IMG/VR virus record: IMGVR_UViG_3300011113_000652
Coordinates: 6,906 to 70,905 of that record
Length of the DNA: 64,000 nucleotides
Source of the DNA: a virus
Direction: 5' to 3' (one strand)
In this document: positions 26,336-35,918 of the stretch, in pieces
Layout: each line of letters begins with the position of its first letter
Position numbering within the stretch: the stretch's first letter is position 1
Notes under the pieces: generated by a model
Told to the model about the DNA's origin: nothing
The model's input: only the letters and a program-made list of their open reading frames with translations
Database searches by the model: none
Position numbers and translations under genes: made by a program

Positions 26336-27171
26336 CAAAAAAAATCATATTTGCTGGTTGCAGCTACACAGCCGGGAATGGATGGGCACAACTTTCACCA
26401 GATGAAAGTATAAAAATCGAAGTAAAAGACAGCCCACACTTATGGGTCAATCTAGTCCAGAAAAATATTGAAATTTTCAAAGAATTAGAACTGATCAATG
26501 TTGGAAGAGGCGGAGCCAGTAACACAGATATATTTACAAATGCCATGCGAGCTATGGGTGAACACCAAAATAGTATAGATACGTTGGTTTGCCAATGGAC
26601 CAGTGTGCCACGCTACAACTGGAATGTGGGATTTGAACTTTGGGACACCAGCGAAGACATTCCAACACCGGTTAGCAGAAATCGCAAATACGGTGTAAAT
26701 CTTAATCGCGGCGATCATTGGACTAGAGAATACATCGATGATCTAACCAACAAACTGCGTGTGATGCATCATTTGCACTGGGAAATACTAAAAGTAGTAG
26801 ATTATTCAAATATTATACAAAAACTTGCTGTCAAAATTGGCATCAATCGTGTTTATTTTGTCAACGGATTGTGCCCGTGGGATAAAGATTATTTTGTAAG
26901 ATTACAAAATGTTCTACCTGAAAACTTTACAGAATTTACCAAAACAGAGATTTTGAATATCAAAACGAGAGATGATGAAGACATATATGCCCTATATAAT
27001 CTGGCTCATGATCATTATCAGGAAAAAGGCGGAATAGATACGAACTCCTGGATCAATCTCTATCAAAGTTTTCGTAGAATGACAACTGATTACAATTATG
27101 ATAAGTTACATCCTGGAATAGAAAGCAATCTTATGTTTTGTAAAATTTTCCAGGAAAAATTACAACAATGA
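26332..27171 (+). CDS. SGNH/GDSL-like hydrolase-fold protein
   Basis: AGCSYT, NVGRGGASN, QWTSVPR, DKLHPG. Confidence 0.72.
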   Translation: MTKKIIFAGCSYTAGNGWAQLSPDESIKIEVKDSPHLWVNLVQKNIEIFKELELINVGRGGASNTDIFTNAMRAMGEHQNSIDTLVCQWTSVPRYNWNVGFELWDTSEDIPTPVSRNRKYGVNLNRGDHWTREYIDDLTNKLRVMHHLHWEILKVVDYSNIIQKLAVKIGINRVYFVNGLCPWDKDYFVRLQNVLPENFTEFTKTEILNIKTRDDEDIYALYNLAHDHYQEKGGIDTNSWINLYQSFRRMTTDYNYDKLHPGIESNLMFCKIFQEKLQQ

Positions 27172-27380
27172 TAAAATTGCTGGTCCAGAACGCTCAGCAG
27201 GCCCTGGAATTCAAACAGCAGGTGCTGGATGCTGGTTTGGTGTTGCATGAAGATTTTTCGTGGGAATATAGACCAGATCCCTATGATGGTTATGATGACT
27301 CATCACATGCACATCCTGAGGTCAGATTCATATTCCGTGATCCTGTGCAGGAAACATTTTTTAGGATGAAGTTTGAATGA
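27168..27380 (+). CDS. small protein, F-x-L-(K/R)-W family
   Basis: ends FRDPVQETFFRMKFE. Confidence 0.6.
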   Translation: MIKLLVQNAQQALEFKQQVLDAGLVLHEDFSWEYRPDPYDGYDDSSHAHPEVRFIFRDPVQETFFRMKFE

Positions 27381-27649
27381 TTAAGTTCAACACATGGCCT
27401 CCTCCGGAGTCTTGGACCGAAGTAGTTGTTACCTGGAAGACCATGTTGGCCAATGCCGACTATAATCCAAATCTTATCTTGGATTGGATAGAAAAAACTC
27501 CCGGAGGACGATATCATTTGCATGGGTGGGAAGACTTCCAACGTTATCCGCGACATGGAATTGAGATTGGTGGTGTTGATGGTTTTGCTTTTAGATTTGA
27601 AAATGAGAAAGATGCTGTGTTGTTCAAATTGCGTTGGGGAATTTCGTGA
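27377..27649 (+). CDS. small protein, F-x-L-(K/R)-W family
   Basis: ends FENEKDAVLFKLRWG. Confidence 0.65.
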   Translation: MIKFNTWPPPESWTEVVVTWKTMLANADYNPNLILDWIEKTPGGRYHLHGWEDFQRYPRHGIEIGGVDGFAFRFENEKDAVLFKLRWGIS

Positions 27650-27936
27650 ATTATTACTACGAACTAGACGAACGCACACAAAAAGCCAACCTGGAACAGT
27701 GGCACCTATGGTGCATGCCCAACTGCTCACCTGCCGAAGGTGGCAGGATGTGTTTTAAAACACACGATGACTTCATGTCCAACAGTCGCAGGGTTTGGTT
27801 GGAAAATGCCAATGGAGTTTACTTGGTCAAACCGCACTGGGGTATATACAGAGGTCGTGTGGATGATCGTGAGTTTACCATGATCAAACTGCGTGCTCGA
27901 ACTATCAAATGGTGGGAAGATGAATCTCAAAGTTAA
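27646..27936 (+). CDS. small hypothetical protein
   Basis: GTGA overlap; EFTMIKLR near the C-terminus. Confidence 0.55.
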   Translation: MNYYYELDERTQKANLEQWHLWCMPNCSPAEGGRMCFKTHDDFMSNSRRVWLENANGVYLVKPHWGIYRGRVDDREFTMIKLRARTIKWWEDESQS

Positions 27937-29503
27937 AAAAATTATTGTACTAGGTGGAGGAACTGCTGGCTGGCTCAGTGCTGGATTTCTTAGTAGCCAA
28001 CTTCCTGGCATAGAAGTGGTAGTTATTGCCAGCGATCGAGAACCCATCATTGGTGTAGGAGAGTCCACGGTTCCACAGTTCCGAAGTCACATGGAAAAAA
28101 TGGGTGTCTCGGAAGATGCCTGGATGCGTGCCAGTGGAAGCAGTTTTAAATATGGTGTTCAGTTCAATAATTGGCGCACTGGTTCAGACACTCGCTGGCA
28201 CGGCTTTGGTGATTTTGTCACAGAAAAAATTCTTAAACGCAGTATCAACGAATATGGCAAGCGACGCAGTGTGGCCAAGGATGATTCTGTGCTTGTAGCT
28301 GACTACTGGATTGAAATGCTCAAATCTGGTATGATTTCGGAAGACGAATACTACAAATATGCTTCGGACTCTTATTGGTTGATCAACAATAACCGTGCTC
28401 ATAGAGATTTAAGTGGACATCAATACATGAGTCGCGTGCCAGGATATTCCTATCACATGAATGCCTGGAAAGTAGGGCAGGCCATAAAAGATCTTGTGGC
28501 CATGCCCAACGGGGTCAAATACATTGAAGGGCATATCGCCGAAGTCAAGTTCAATGACAACGAAGAAGTGGTTGGATTGATTGACAGCAGTGGACAAACA
28601 CACACGGCAGACTTATACATAGATTGCACTGGTTTCAAAAGACTGTTGATCGGTCCTACTACAAAATGGATATCTTTAAAAGATCGGTTGCCGTGTGATA
28701 GGGTCATCGGTGGTCGCGTTTACTACGACAACGATCAAGAAAAATTTTGTTTTCCCTACACCCGAGCCACTGCTTTAAAATACGGCTGGAGTTGGTGCAT
28801 AGCCTTGAGGGATGACATGGGATCTGGCTATGTGTATGATTCCAGGTTTGTGACAGATGAACAGGCCGAAGAAGAATTTAGAGAACATTGGGCCAAGCAA
28901 GGCAAAGAGGTTGATATCAAAGTCCGTCTAAAAATCAACAACGGCATCATGGACAAGTCAGCCCACAGAAATGTTGTAGCCTGTGGACTAGCAGCCAATT
29001 TTCTTGAACCCCTGGAAGCCACGTCTATAAGTTTCACAACACTTATAAATGAACTGGTGGTAGCTGTGTTGAAAAAACACGACTATCATTGGGACTACAG
29101 ACATGTAGAAGTAATCAGCAGACTCATGCATAGAGAAATAAAATACACTGGTGATTTTTTGTATGCACACTATTCGCTTACACAAAGGACTGACACAGAA
29201 TTTTGGAAATCTGTGGGTAAAAATCGCCAAGATGCCATAGACATGTGTCATGGTTGGTTTGGTCTACACCACAGTGATATCTATCGCAGAGAAAAAGATT
29301 TTGATCATACTAGATACAACAAGTATGATTGGGCGCAGATGATCACTAGTATGCGTATATTTGCAGATTGCCCTACACGCAAGATCGATCCTGACCTTTT
29401 GCCCAGGGCAAAAATGTTTTACGATTACAATGATCAAATGAGCAAAGATGTGTTGCGCTTAGTGCCCACTCACTGGCAACTGTTGCAACACATAAATCGA
29501 TGA
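27920..29503 (+). CDS. tryptophan halogenase family flavin-dependent enzyme
   Basis: GGGTAGW, IGVGEST, FKYG (catalytic Lys position), IDCTGF, WxWxI (WSWCI), FLEPLEATS. Confidence 0.88.
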   Translation: MNLKVKKIIVLGGGTAGWLSAGFLSSQLPGIEVVVIASDREPIIGVGESTVPQFRSHMEKMGVSEDAWMRASGSSFKYGVQFNNWRTGSDTRWHGFGDFVTEKILKRSINEYGKRRSVAKDDSVLVADYWIEMLKSGMISEDEYYKYASDSYWLINNNRAHRDLSGHQYMSRVPGYSYHMNAWKVGQAIKDLVAMPNGVKYIEGHIAEVKFNDNEEVVGLIDSSGQTHTADLYIDCTGFKRLLIGPTTKWISLKDRLPCDRVIGGRVYYDNDQEKFCFPYTRATALKYGWSWCIALRDDMGSGYVYDSRFVTDEQAEEEFREHWAKQGKEVDIKVRLKINNGIMDKSAHRNVVACGLAANFLEPLEATSISFTTLINELVVAVLKKHDYHWDYRHVEVISRLMHREIKYTGDFLYAHYSLTQRTDTEFWKSVGKNRQDAIDMCHGWFGLHHSDIYRREKDFDHTRYNKYDWAQMITSMRIFADCPTRKIDPDLLPRAKMFYDYNDQMSKDVLRLVPTHWQLLQHINR

Positions 29504-29533
29504 CAAAAAACGATCCTATCAAATGGTGACCGG

Positions 29534-29809
29534 GTGAGTAAAGACGAATACTATGCCAACACGGCCGCAAGACTGGACACTATCATAGGTGGTGATACCA
29601 GCCATTATCAAAGATTGATCCGAGTCAAAGCCGAATACGATGACCTGGCTAAAGCAGTGCCAGTAGGGCAGGGATTCCTGACCTTTTATGACTATGTGAA
29701 AGAATACTACGGAGTCAAACTCATGTTCGAAGGCGATGATTTAAAACTGGCCTACACTGTGATAGACGACAAAAAGTACACTGTGTTTCTGTTGAAGTTC
29801 AATAAATGA
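29534..29809 (+). CDS. small protein, F-x-L-(K/R)-W family
   Basis: ends DDKKYTVFLLKFNK. Confidence 0.6.
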   Translation: MSKDEYYANTAARLDTIIGGDTSHYQRLIRVKAEYDDLAKAVPVGQGFLTFYDYVKEYYGVKLMFEGDDLKLAYTVIDDKKYTVFLLKFNK

Positions 29810-30015
29810 TCAACTGGGCTTACATTGTGGCTAGATTGGTTGGCGCCATTGGATCATGGATAGAAGCCAGCAACTTACGCAATCGTTGTTTCAAAATGGC
29901 CGAGGAAGCAGAAATCATGATGACGGCCTTGGAGGACATAGAACGCATGAGTAGCGAACCCAGGATCAAACAGTATGCTCGCAGAGCCATAGACACCGTG
30001 CGAGGATTGCCATGA
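29806..30015 (+). CDS. hypothetical protein
   Basis: ATGA overlaps at both ends. Confidence 0.55.
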   Translation: MINWAYIVARLVGAIGSWIEASNLRNRCFKMAEEAEIMMTALEDIERMSSEPRIKQYARRAIDTVRGLP

Positions 30016-30344
30016 AAGTAACTATCAAACCTGGCCTTATTATATTCCATGATCCCAAGGATTGGGAACCTATACAACATCGTCTTGGAGTTAACCATGG
30101 AACACGTGTGTTGATCAGTTATGTCTGCAAGCGAGAGTTAGGATTCACTGTGCGCAGGCACAAGGCCTGGGTGCCCTGGAGTGAAAAATACAGCGATGAC
30201 GAAAATGAGTTTCTTTCCAGCATTGGTCGAGATTTGTCTGGTCGTTACACCCATCAGATGGAAATACACCTGGATTTCTACGATCAAGTCCAACAGACGT
30301 GGTTTGTGCTAAAATACCTTAACAATGCCCAGGTTGACCAATAA
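30012..30344 (+). CDS. small protein, F-x-L-(K/R)-W family
   Basis: DFYDQVQQTWFVLKY. Confidence 0.62.
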   Translation: MKVTIKPGLIIFHDPKDWEPIQHRLGVNHGTRVLISYVCKRELGFTVRRHKAWVPWSEKYSDDENEFLSSIGRDLSGRYTHQMEIHLDFYDQVQQTWFVLKYLNNAQVDQ

Positions 30345-30362
30345 ATCCGTTTTTGCTATAAT
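30334..30362 (+). promoter_or_regulatory. sigma70-type promoter
   Basis: TTGACC-17nt-TATAAT with extended TG. Confidence 0.8.
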
Positions 30363-30391
30363 ATTATATACAGTCAGATAATAGGAGCAGT

Positions 30392-31684
30392 ATGAGCACA
30401 GCCAGCACTACACAGAACAAAAAAGAGTCCGACAAGTTCAAGGATCTGATTGGCCCTATGGATCCCAAACTGGATCGTGAGGTGCGTGAAAAGCTGATCA
30501 CAGCCCGTGTGGGCCTGTTGCTCCGTGCCAGCTTCTTTGGTAATCTTGCAACACGCCTTAAGTTGGTAAACGCTGACGAATGGTGCAGTACCGCAGCCAC
30601 AGATGGTCGTCATTTCTATTACAATAGCCGATTCATTGACATGCTCCGACCCAAAGAGATTGAGTTCTTGTTTGGGCATGAGGTCTTGCATTGTGTGTAC
30701 GATCACTTTGGTCGCAGAGGTGATCGTGATCCCATGTTGTTCAACGTGGCCAATGATTATGCTGTCAACGGCGACTTGAAAAAACATCGTGTGGGCGAGT
30801 TCATTACTTCAGTACCATGCTTGTATGATTCAAAATATGAAGGCAAGAGTTCAGAAGAGATCTACGATGATCTCTACGAAAACGCTGAAAAGATCAACCT
30901 GTCAGATCTCGTAGACAAACTCTTGGACGATCACCTGGATGGCGAAGGCGACAGCGATAGTGATGACGATGGTGACGAAAAAGATGGCAAAGGTAAAAAG
31001 CCCAAACTTAGTGCAGAAGAGCGCCAAAAGATCAAGGACGAGATCAAAGAAGCAGTCCTATCAGCGGCCGCGGCATCGGATGGCGCCGGTAACTTGCCTG
31101 CAGGTGTCAAGCGTCTTATCCAAGACATGACTGCACCCAAGATGAACTGGCGTGAACTGCTTCGCATGCAGTTGGAAAGTACCATCAAGTCAGACTTTAC
31201 CTGGATGCGTGCCAGCCGACGTGGCTGGCACATGGACGCTGTCATGCCCGGTATGAAGAATGACGAGCTGATCGATATTGCCATAGGTATTGATGCATCG
31301 GGTAGCATTGACGAGCGCATGCTTCGAGACTTCTTGGCAGAAACCCAGGGCATCATGGACCAGTTCCAGAGCTACAAGATCCATATCTTTACCTTTGATA
31401 CACGAGTGTATAATCCAGCACAATATAACAGTGATAACCTGGACACCATCTGCGATTATGAAGTCAAGGGTGGCGGTGGCACAGACTTTGATGCTATCTA
31501 CAACTATTTGAAAGAAGAACAGATCGAGCCCAAGCGCCTGGTTGTGTTCACAGACGGTTACCCATTTGGAAGTTGGGGTGATGAAAACTATGCTGACACG
31601 GTATGGATCATACACGGTAATACTACCGTGGTTCCACCCTGGGGTCAGTATGCTTACTATGAAAAGGAAACAGCACATGCTTGA
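30392..31684 (+). CDS. VWA-domain / metallopeptidase-like protein (DUF2201 type), MoxR partner
   Basis: TAATDG, HExxH (HEVLH), MIDAS DASGS, GGGGTDF, FTDG. Confidence 0.88.
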   Translation: MSTASTTQNKKESDKFKDLIGPMDPKLDREVREKLITARVGLLLRASFFGNLATRLKLVNADEWCSTAATDGRHFYYNSRFIDMLRPKEIEFLFGHEVLHCVYDHFGRRGDRDPMLFNVANDYAVNGDLKKHRVGEFITSVPCLYDSKYEGKSSEEIYDDLYENAEKINLSDLVDKLLDDHLDGEGDSDSDDDGDEKDGKGKKPKLSAEERQKIKDEIKEAVLSAAAASDGAGNLPAGVKRLIQDMTAPKMNWRELLRMQLESTIKSDFTWMRASRRGWHMDAVMPGMKNDELIDIAIGIDASGSIDERMLRDFLAETQGIMDQFQSYKIHIFTFDTRVYNPAQYNSDNLDTICDYEVKGGGGTDFDAIYNYLKEEQIEPKRLVVFTDGYPFGSWGDENYADTVWIIHGNTTVVPPWGQYAYYEKETAHA

Positions 31685-31847
31685 ACGTTTTAGACATTGG
31701 TATTTGGCCAACGCAGTAGAAATAACCTGGTTCATCATTGGAGCCATGATCATGAGTGGCCTGATCTACTTTGGTCAGGAGCAGTACGTAAATGCGGTAC
31801 TTTGCTGGTTCGTGGCTGCGGCCAACTACTGGTTCCGCAACAAATAA
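31677..31847 (+). CDS. small two-TM membrane protein
   Basis: AAGGA RBS; two hydrophobic stretches. Confidence 0.6.
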   Translation: MLERFRHWYLANAVEITWFIIGAMIMSGLIYFGQEQYVNAVLCWFVAAANYWFRNK

Positions 31848-31863
31848 GCCCGTCAGTTTAACC

Positions 31864-31891
31864 AAAACACCCCAGAATGGGGTGTTTTTTT
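31864..31891 (+). terminator. intrinsic terminator
   Basis: AAAACACCCCA-GAA-TGGGGTGTTTTTTT. Confidence 0.85.
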
Positions 31892-31936
31892 ACGGCAAAA
31901 ATAAAGTCGTGTGTGATCTCAATCGTAAATATCTGC

Positions 31937-32155
31937 ATGGACAATACACAAATCACAATCGCAGATCTCGATATGATCAAAAACATCATTGACTTGGCCA
32001 GCACACGTGGCGCTTTCCGTGCCGCTGAAATGAAACAAGTAGGCGAAGTATATGACAAGCTCACGGCATTTCTTGCCGCAGTAGTAGCACAGGCCCAGGC
32101 TCAAGAACCTCAAGATCAAGAACCAGCCAATACCAGCGAATCCAAAGGAGAATAA
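31937..32155 (+). CDS. hypothetical phage protein
   Basis: TAAATA 5 nt before ATG; IIDLASTRGAFRAAEM. Confidence 0.7.
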   Translation: MDNTQITIADLDMIKNIIDLASTRGAFRAAEMKQVGEVYDKLTAFLAAVVAQAQAQEPQDQEPANTSESKGE

Positions 32156-32156
32156 C

Positions 32157-32882
32157 ATGGCATTTATGAAACACGTAGGCAAACACGGAGATCGCAAGAT
32201 CTGCATCCTGTTCCGTCAGGTACCAGGAGAAGATCACATGGCCTTGGTCATATATCCAGAAACCCTACCCGCTCACTGGCAACAGGCTGTTCAGACTGTG
32301 GTCGAAAGCGAGATAGCACAACAGGCCGAAGAGTTGGCCGATGCCTTGCATCGCAATTTCTTGCCCGATGGTCGCCCCATACTTGAAACTCTACATCAAG
32401 AGCGCATGATCAAGAAAGTACGCACCAGTGACATCATTGTTACTCCCACAGCACAGAGTAAAATTCGCTTGGATGAACTCAACAAAATGCTCAACGAAAT
32501 GAAGCTGGGCGAAGCAGCCATCAAGAAAATGGCCGACAACGATGCCAGTCGTGGCATGGTTGCTCCAGAAGTGAAAAGAAAAGCCGAAGCCGAATACAAG
32601 GCCAGCCAGGCACAACCCACACAGGCCGCACCCAAATTCCAAGCACCGCAGGATGGCGCACTCAGCGATCGCGACATAGCCGCCAACATGGTGTTCCAGG
32701 CCAAGAAGATGGAAATTGAAGCCAAGCAAATGATCGCCGAAGCTGCCCGCATGAAGAAAGATGCACAACGCATGGATCCCAATGTGGTGGCCAAAGAAGC
32801 TACTGCTCCTGTTGCTAAAGCTGATACCAGCAAGCGCGGCCGTCCCTCCAAGACCAAGGCGGTGGCGGATGCAACCCAATGA
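32157..32882 (+). CDS. hypothetical phage protein, coiled-coil C-terminus
   Basis: AGGAG RBS; C-terminal KRGRP AT-hook-like motif. Confidence 0.75.
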   Translation: MAFMKHVGKHGDRKICILFRQVPGEDHMALVIYPETLPAHWQQAVQTVVESEIAQQAEELADALHRNFLPDGRPILETLHQERMIKKVRTSDIIVTPTAQSKIRLDELNKMLNEMKLGEAAIKKMADNDASRGMVAPEVKRKAEAEYKASQAQPTQAAPKFQAPQDGALSDRDIAANMVFQAKKMEIEAKQMIAEAARMKKDAQRMDPNVVAKEATAPVAKADTSKRGRPSKTKAVADATQ

Positions 32883-33171
32883 TGATTTTATCACACAATG
32901 GGAACACATAATTGCAGATGTGAACAAAACAGATGTTCCTCTTGAATGCATCAAAAAGGTTGTTATAAAACTAGCAGGCGGTCGGCAAAAAACCATAAAT
33001 TTACATTCTCTGTTGCGGCAAGGTCTGCAACTGGAGGAGATCGAAACCATGCTCACAAGATATTTTCAAGAGCATGATCACGAAATCCGTGATGTAGACT
33101 TTGTGGTGGATATTTCGGCTGTGGCTGATCTCGTGCAACCTGAAACCGACAAACTGCTGGGCAACCTCTAG
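32869..33171 (+). CDS. hypothetical phage protein
   Basis: overlaps the upstream stop; WEHIIADVNKTDVPLEC. Confidence 0.65.
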   Translation: MQPNDDFITQWEHIIADVNKTDVPLECIKKVVIKLAGGRQKTINLHSLLRQGLQLEEIETMLTRYFQEHDHEIRDVDFVVDISAVADLVQPETDKLLGNL

Positions 33172-33182
33172 ACCGACATCTC

Positions 33183-33211
33183 TTGCAGATGGCAATGTTT
33201 TCTGCTATAAT
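33183..33211 (+). promoter_or_regulatory. sigma70-type promoter
   Basis: TTGCAG-17nt-TATAAT with extended TG. Confidence 0.65.
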
Positions 33212-33233
33212 ATAAAACACGCAAGGAGAATTT

Positions 33234-33692
33234 ATGTTAGTGTTACCAGACCATATAGTAGGCAAACCGGTGGGATTTACCTGTAGCACATTTGATTTAC
33301 TACATGCCGGTCATATCCTGATGCTGGCCGAAGCCAAAAGCATCTGTGATTATCTCATAGTGGGAGTGCAGAGTGATCCAACCATAGATCGGCCTGATGT
33401 CAAAAACAAACCTGTGCAAAGCATCGTTGAACGTTATGTGCAACTCAGTGCTGTAAAATTCATTGACGAAATTATTGTTTATGACACCGAAAAAGATCTA
33501 GAAGATCTACTGATGTTCTTGCCTATAACTATACGCATCATTGGTGAAGAATATCGAGACAAGACATTCACTGGCAAGAATATCTGTGAGGATCGTGGCG
33601 TAAAGATATTCTACAACAGCCGTACACATAGATTCAGCTCTAGTGAACTGCGTCAAAGAACCTACCAGAGCGAACTCAGCAAGAAAAAATAA
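33234..33692 (+). CDS. cytidylyltransferase (TagD-like)
   Basis: FDLLHAGH (HxGH), RTHRFSSSELR. Confidence 0.88.
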   Translation: MLVLPDHIVGKPVGFTCSTFDLLHAGHILMLAEAKSICDYLIVGVQSDPTIDRPDVKNKPVQSIVERYVQLSAVKFIDEIIVYDTEKDLEDLLMFLPITIRIIGEEYRDKTFTGKNICEDRGVKIFYNSRTHRFSSSELRQRTYQSELSKKK

Positions 33693-33929
33693 GTGGTCAA
33701 GATTGACTTCCACTCCTTTGGCATGGGCGATGTCGAAGATCCCGAACTGTATGCGGCCTTGCCCTTGGGCGAATTCATGGAAACAGAAAAAGGTCAATGG
33801 ATCCGAGCCAACTGTCGAGATCCACAGTATATCATACGTGCAGATCCACACTCATATGGTACTAGAGTGATCGTTTATGGTGAAGTTGAAGAACCTGCAG
33901 CCACCGAATACTTTTTAAAATGGGCATGA
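33693..33929 (+). CDS. small protein, F-x-L-(K/R)-W family
   Basis: ends AATEYFLKWA. Confidence 0.62.
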   Translation: MVKIDFHSFGMGDVEDPELYAALPLGEFMETEKGQWIRANCRDPQYIIRADPHSYGTRVIVYGEVEEPAATEYFLKWA

Positions 33930-33930
33930 T

Positions 33931-34905
33931 ATGAAAATACTAGTAACCGGAGGTCTGGGATTCATAGGACACAATGTGGTGTCGCGTCTGGAAGCACAAG
34001 GACATGATGTTGTTATAGCAGATACACAAAGCACATACAACATAGTGCCCGAGTCTGAAATAGCCTACTTGATGGCAGAGCGCCGAGAAAAAATACGCAC
34101 AGACCGGATCTACAGCATAGACATGGTGGATCGTGCTGGTATCCACTGGCTGATTCGTCAGCATAGACCCGATACTGTCGTGCACCTGGCCAGCTTTCCC
34201 AGACAAAAAGTGGTCAATGCCGATGCACCAACTGGCAGCCGAGTCATGAGCGAAGGTCTACTGAACCTGCTGGAGGCCGCAGTGGCCAACTCGGTGGGCA
34301 GATTTGTGTATGCCAGCAGCAGCATGATCTACGGTGACTTCCACGGCACAGGTCCCAACGGCATAGATGAATCTCATGCGTGCCGGCCCTTGGGTCAGTA
34401 TGGCATCATGAAGCTGGCCGGAGAGTGGTTGGTCAGAGACTACACAGTACGCACCGGAATGGCACATACCATTGTACGGCCCAGTGCAGTGTATGGACCC
34501 TTGGATGTGGAGGATCGTGTGATCAGCCAGTTTCTTATCCGGGCCATGCGCGGTCAAGAAATACAGGTGCGCGGTGCCGATGAACTATTAGATTTTACCT
34601 ATGTGGGCGACACTGCCGATGGAATTGTGGCCGCCGCACAGAGCCCCAACGCCGAAAATAAAACCTACAATATCACACGTGGCCATAGCAGGACCTTGCT
34701 GGAAGCAGCACAGATAGCAGTAAACTTGGCACAACGTGGCACCATACGGATCCTGGATCCTGATGCGGCTTTTCCCAGCCGAGGTCAGTTAAATATCTCA
34801 GCGGCACAACGAGATTTTAATTTTGAACCAGGTGTAGACATAGAACAAGGATTCAGAGTCTATTACACCTGGTTAAGTCAGTCTAATTACTTTGGTATAA
34901 AATGA
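33931..34905 (+). CDS. NAD-dependent epimerase/dehydratase
   Basis: GGLGFIG, YASSSMIYG, YGIMK, RPSAVYGP. Confidence 0.9.
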   Translation: MKILVTGGLGFIGHNVVSRLEAQGHDVVIADTQSTYNIVPESEIAYLMAERREKIRTDRIYSIDMVDRAGIHWLIRQHRPDTVVHLASFPRQKVVNADAPTGSRVMSEGLLNLLEAAVANSVGRFVYASSSMIYGDFHGTGPNGIDESHACRPLGQYGIMKLAGEWLVRDYTVRTGMAHTIVRPSAVYGPLDVEDRVISQFLIRAMRGQEIQVRGADELLDFTYVGDTADGIVAAAQSPNAENKTYNITRGHSRTLLEAAQIAVNLAQRGTIRILDPDAAFPSRGQLNISAAQRDFNFEPGVDIEQGFRVYYTWLSQSNYFGIK

Positions 34906-35918
34906 TAAATTCTAACTTTGGTTTTACTTCCTTAAAAGAAATTTGGTTGGGTGACTGTTACCCAGAGTCATACTATGATCATTTACCAAATGAAATTGCT
35001 GATCCTTTCAGACAAATAACGCAGTGGACCAAAGAAGATACTGGCCGTTTGCAGAGATTTTTAGAAAGTTATGGCATTACTGTACGGAGACCTCAATTCA
35101 CAAAAATAGAAAACTATCTTGACAGTCGCGATAATTTGGTTAAACCACCTATTACACCTAGAGATCATTACTTGGTGCTAGGAAACACCTTATATTCATT
35201 ACACAATCAACTTAAAAATGATCCTTGGCTACACTGGTTAGAATACTATCGCACGCAGAAATACGACGTACAAGAACCCAAAGATCAACCAATTAACTGT
35301 GTATGCCCACCATCTGTGGTTCGCATAGGAAGAGATCTATTCATTGATAAAGGAGCACACGAACACATGTGGGGATTTGTCTGTCAATGGATGGTAGGAG
35401 CAGCAAATGAATATCGAGTAAACATTTGTGACACAACTGGACACAGCGATAGTGTGTTTTGTCCAGTAATGCCAGGAGTAATTGTGACCTCACATTACAA
35501 AACTGATTATTCTCAAAGTTTCCCTGACTGGGAAATTTTTCATCTACCAAAGAATCTACACAATTTTAACAATCCAAAAGACTGGTCGACATATGACAGC
35601 AAAATAGATTCAAATAAAGCATTTTCGGATCATATAATAAAAAATGCCAGTAATTGGGTTGGCACGTTCAGTGAAACAGTAGCTGAAGTTAATATGTTGG
35701 TAATCGATGAAAAAAATATTGTTGCTATGAAAGATTATCCTCCGTTGACAGAATGGCTTTATCAACGTGGTATTACCGTACATTTTTTTGATTTTAAAAC
35801 GAGAAGTTTCTGGGATGGAGGCTGGCACTGTCTTACTTTAGACATTCACAGGCAAGATCACAAACTTGATTTGTTTCCCGATCGAGGCGATAACGGTGTA
35901 TATTGGAGATTGAAGTGA
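34902..35918 (+). CDS. amidinotransferase (glycine/inosamine amidinotransferase family)
   Basis: PPITPRD, GHSD, C-terminal DGGWHC. Confidence 0.78.
   Translation: MINSNFGFTSLKEIWLGDCYPESYYDHLPNEIADPFRQITQWTKEDTGRLQRFLESYGITVRRPQFTKIENYLDSRDNLVKPPITPRDHYLVLGNTLYSLHNQLKNDPWLHWLEYYRTQKYDVQEPKDQPINCVCPPSVVRIGRDLFIDKGAHEHMWGFVCQWMVGAANEYRVNICDTTGHSDSVFCPVMPGVIVTSHYKTDYSQSFPDWEIFHLPKNLHNFNNPKDWSTYDSKIDSNKAFSDHIIKNASNWVGTFSETVAEVNMLVIDEKNIVAMKDYPPLTEWLYQRGITVHFFDFKTRSFWDGGWHCLTLDIHRQDHKLDLFPDRGDNGVYWRLK

Noticed and set aside
32391-33056. 221-aa and 153-aa minus-strand ORFs, and similar nested ORFs throughout the track
   Set aside because: Antisense to well-supported genes, with no motifs or RBS
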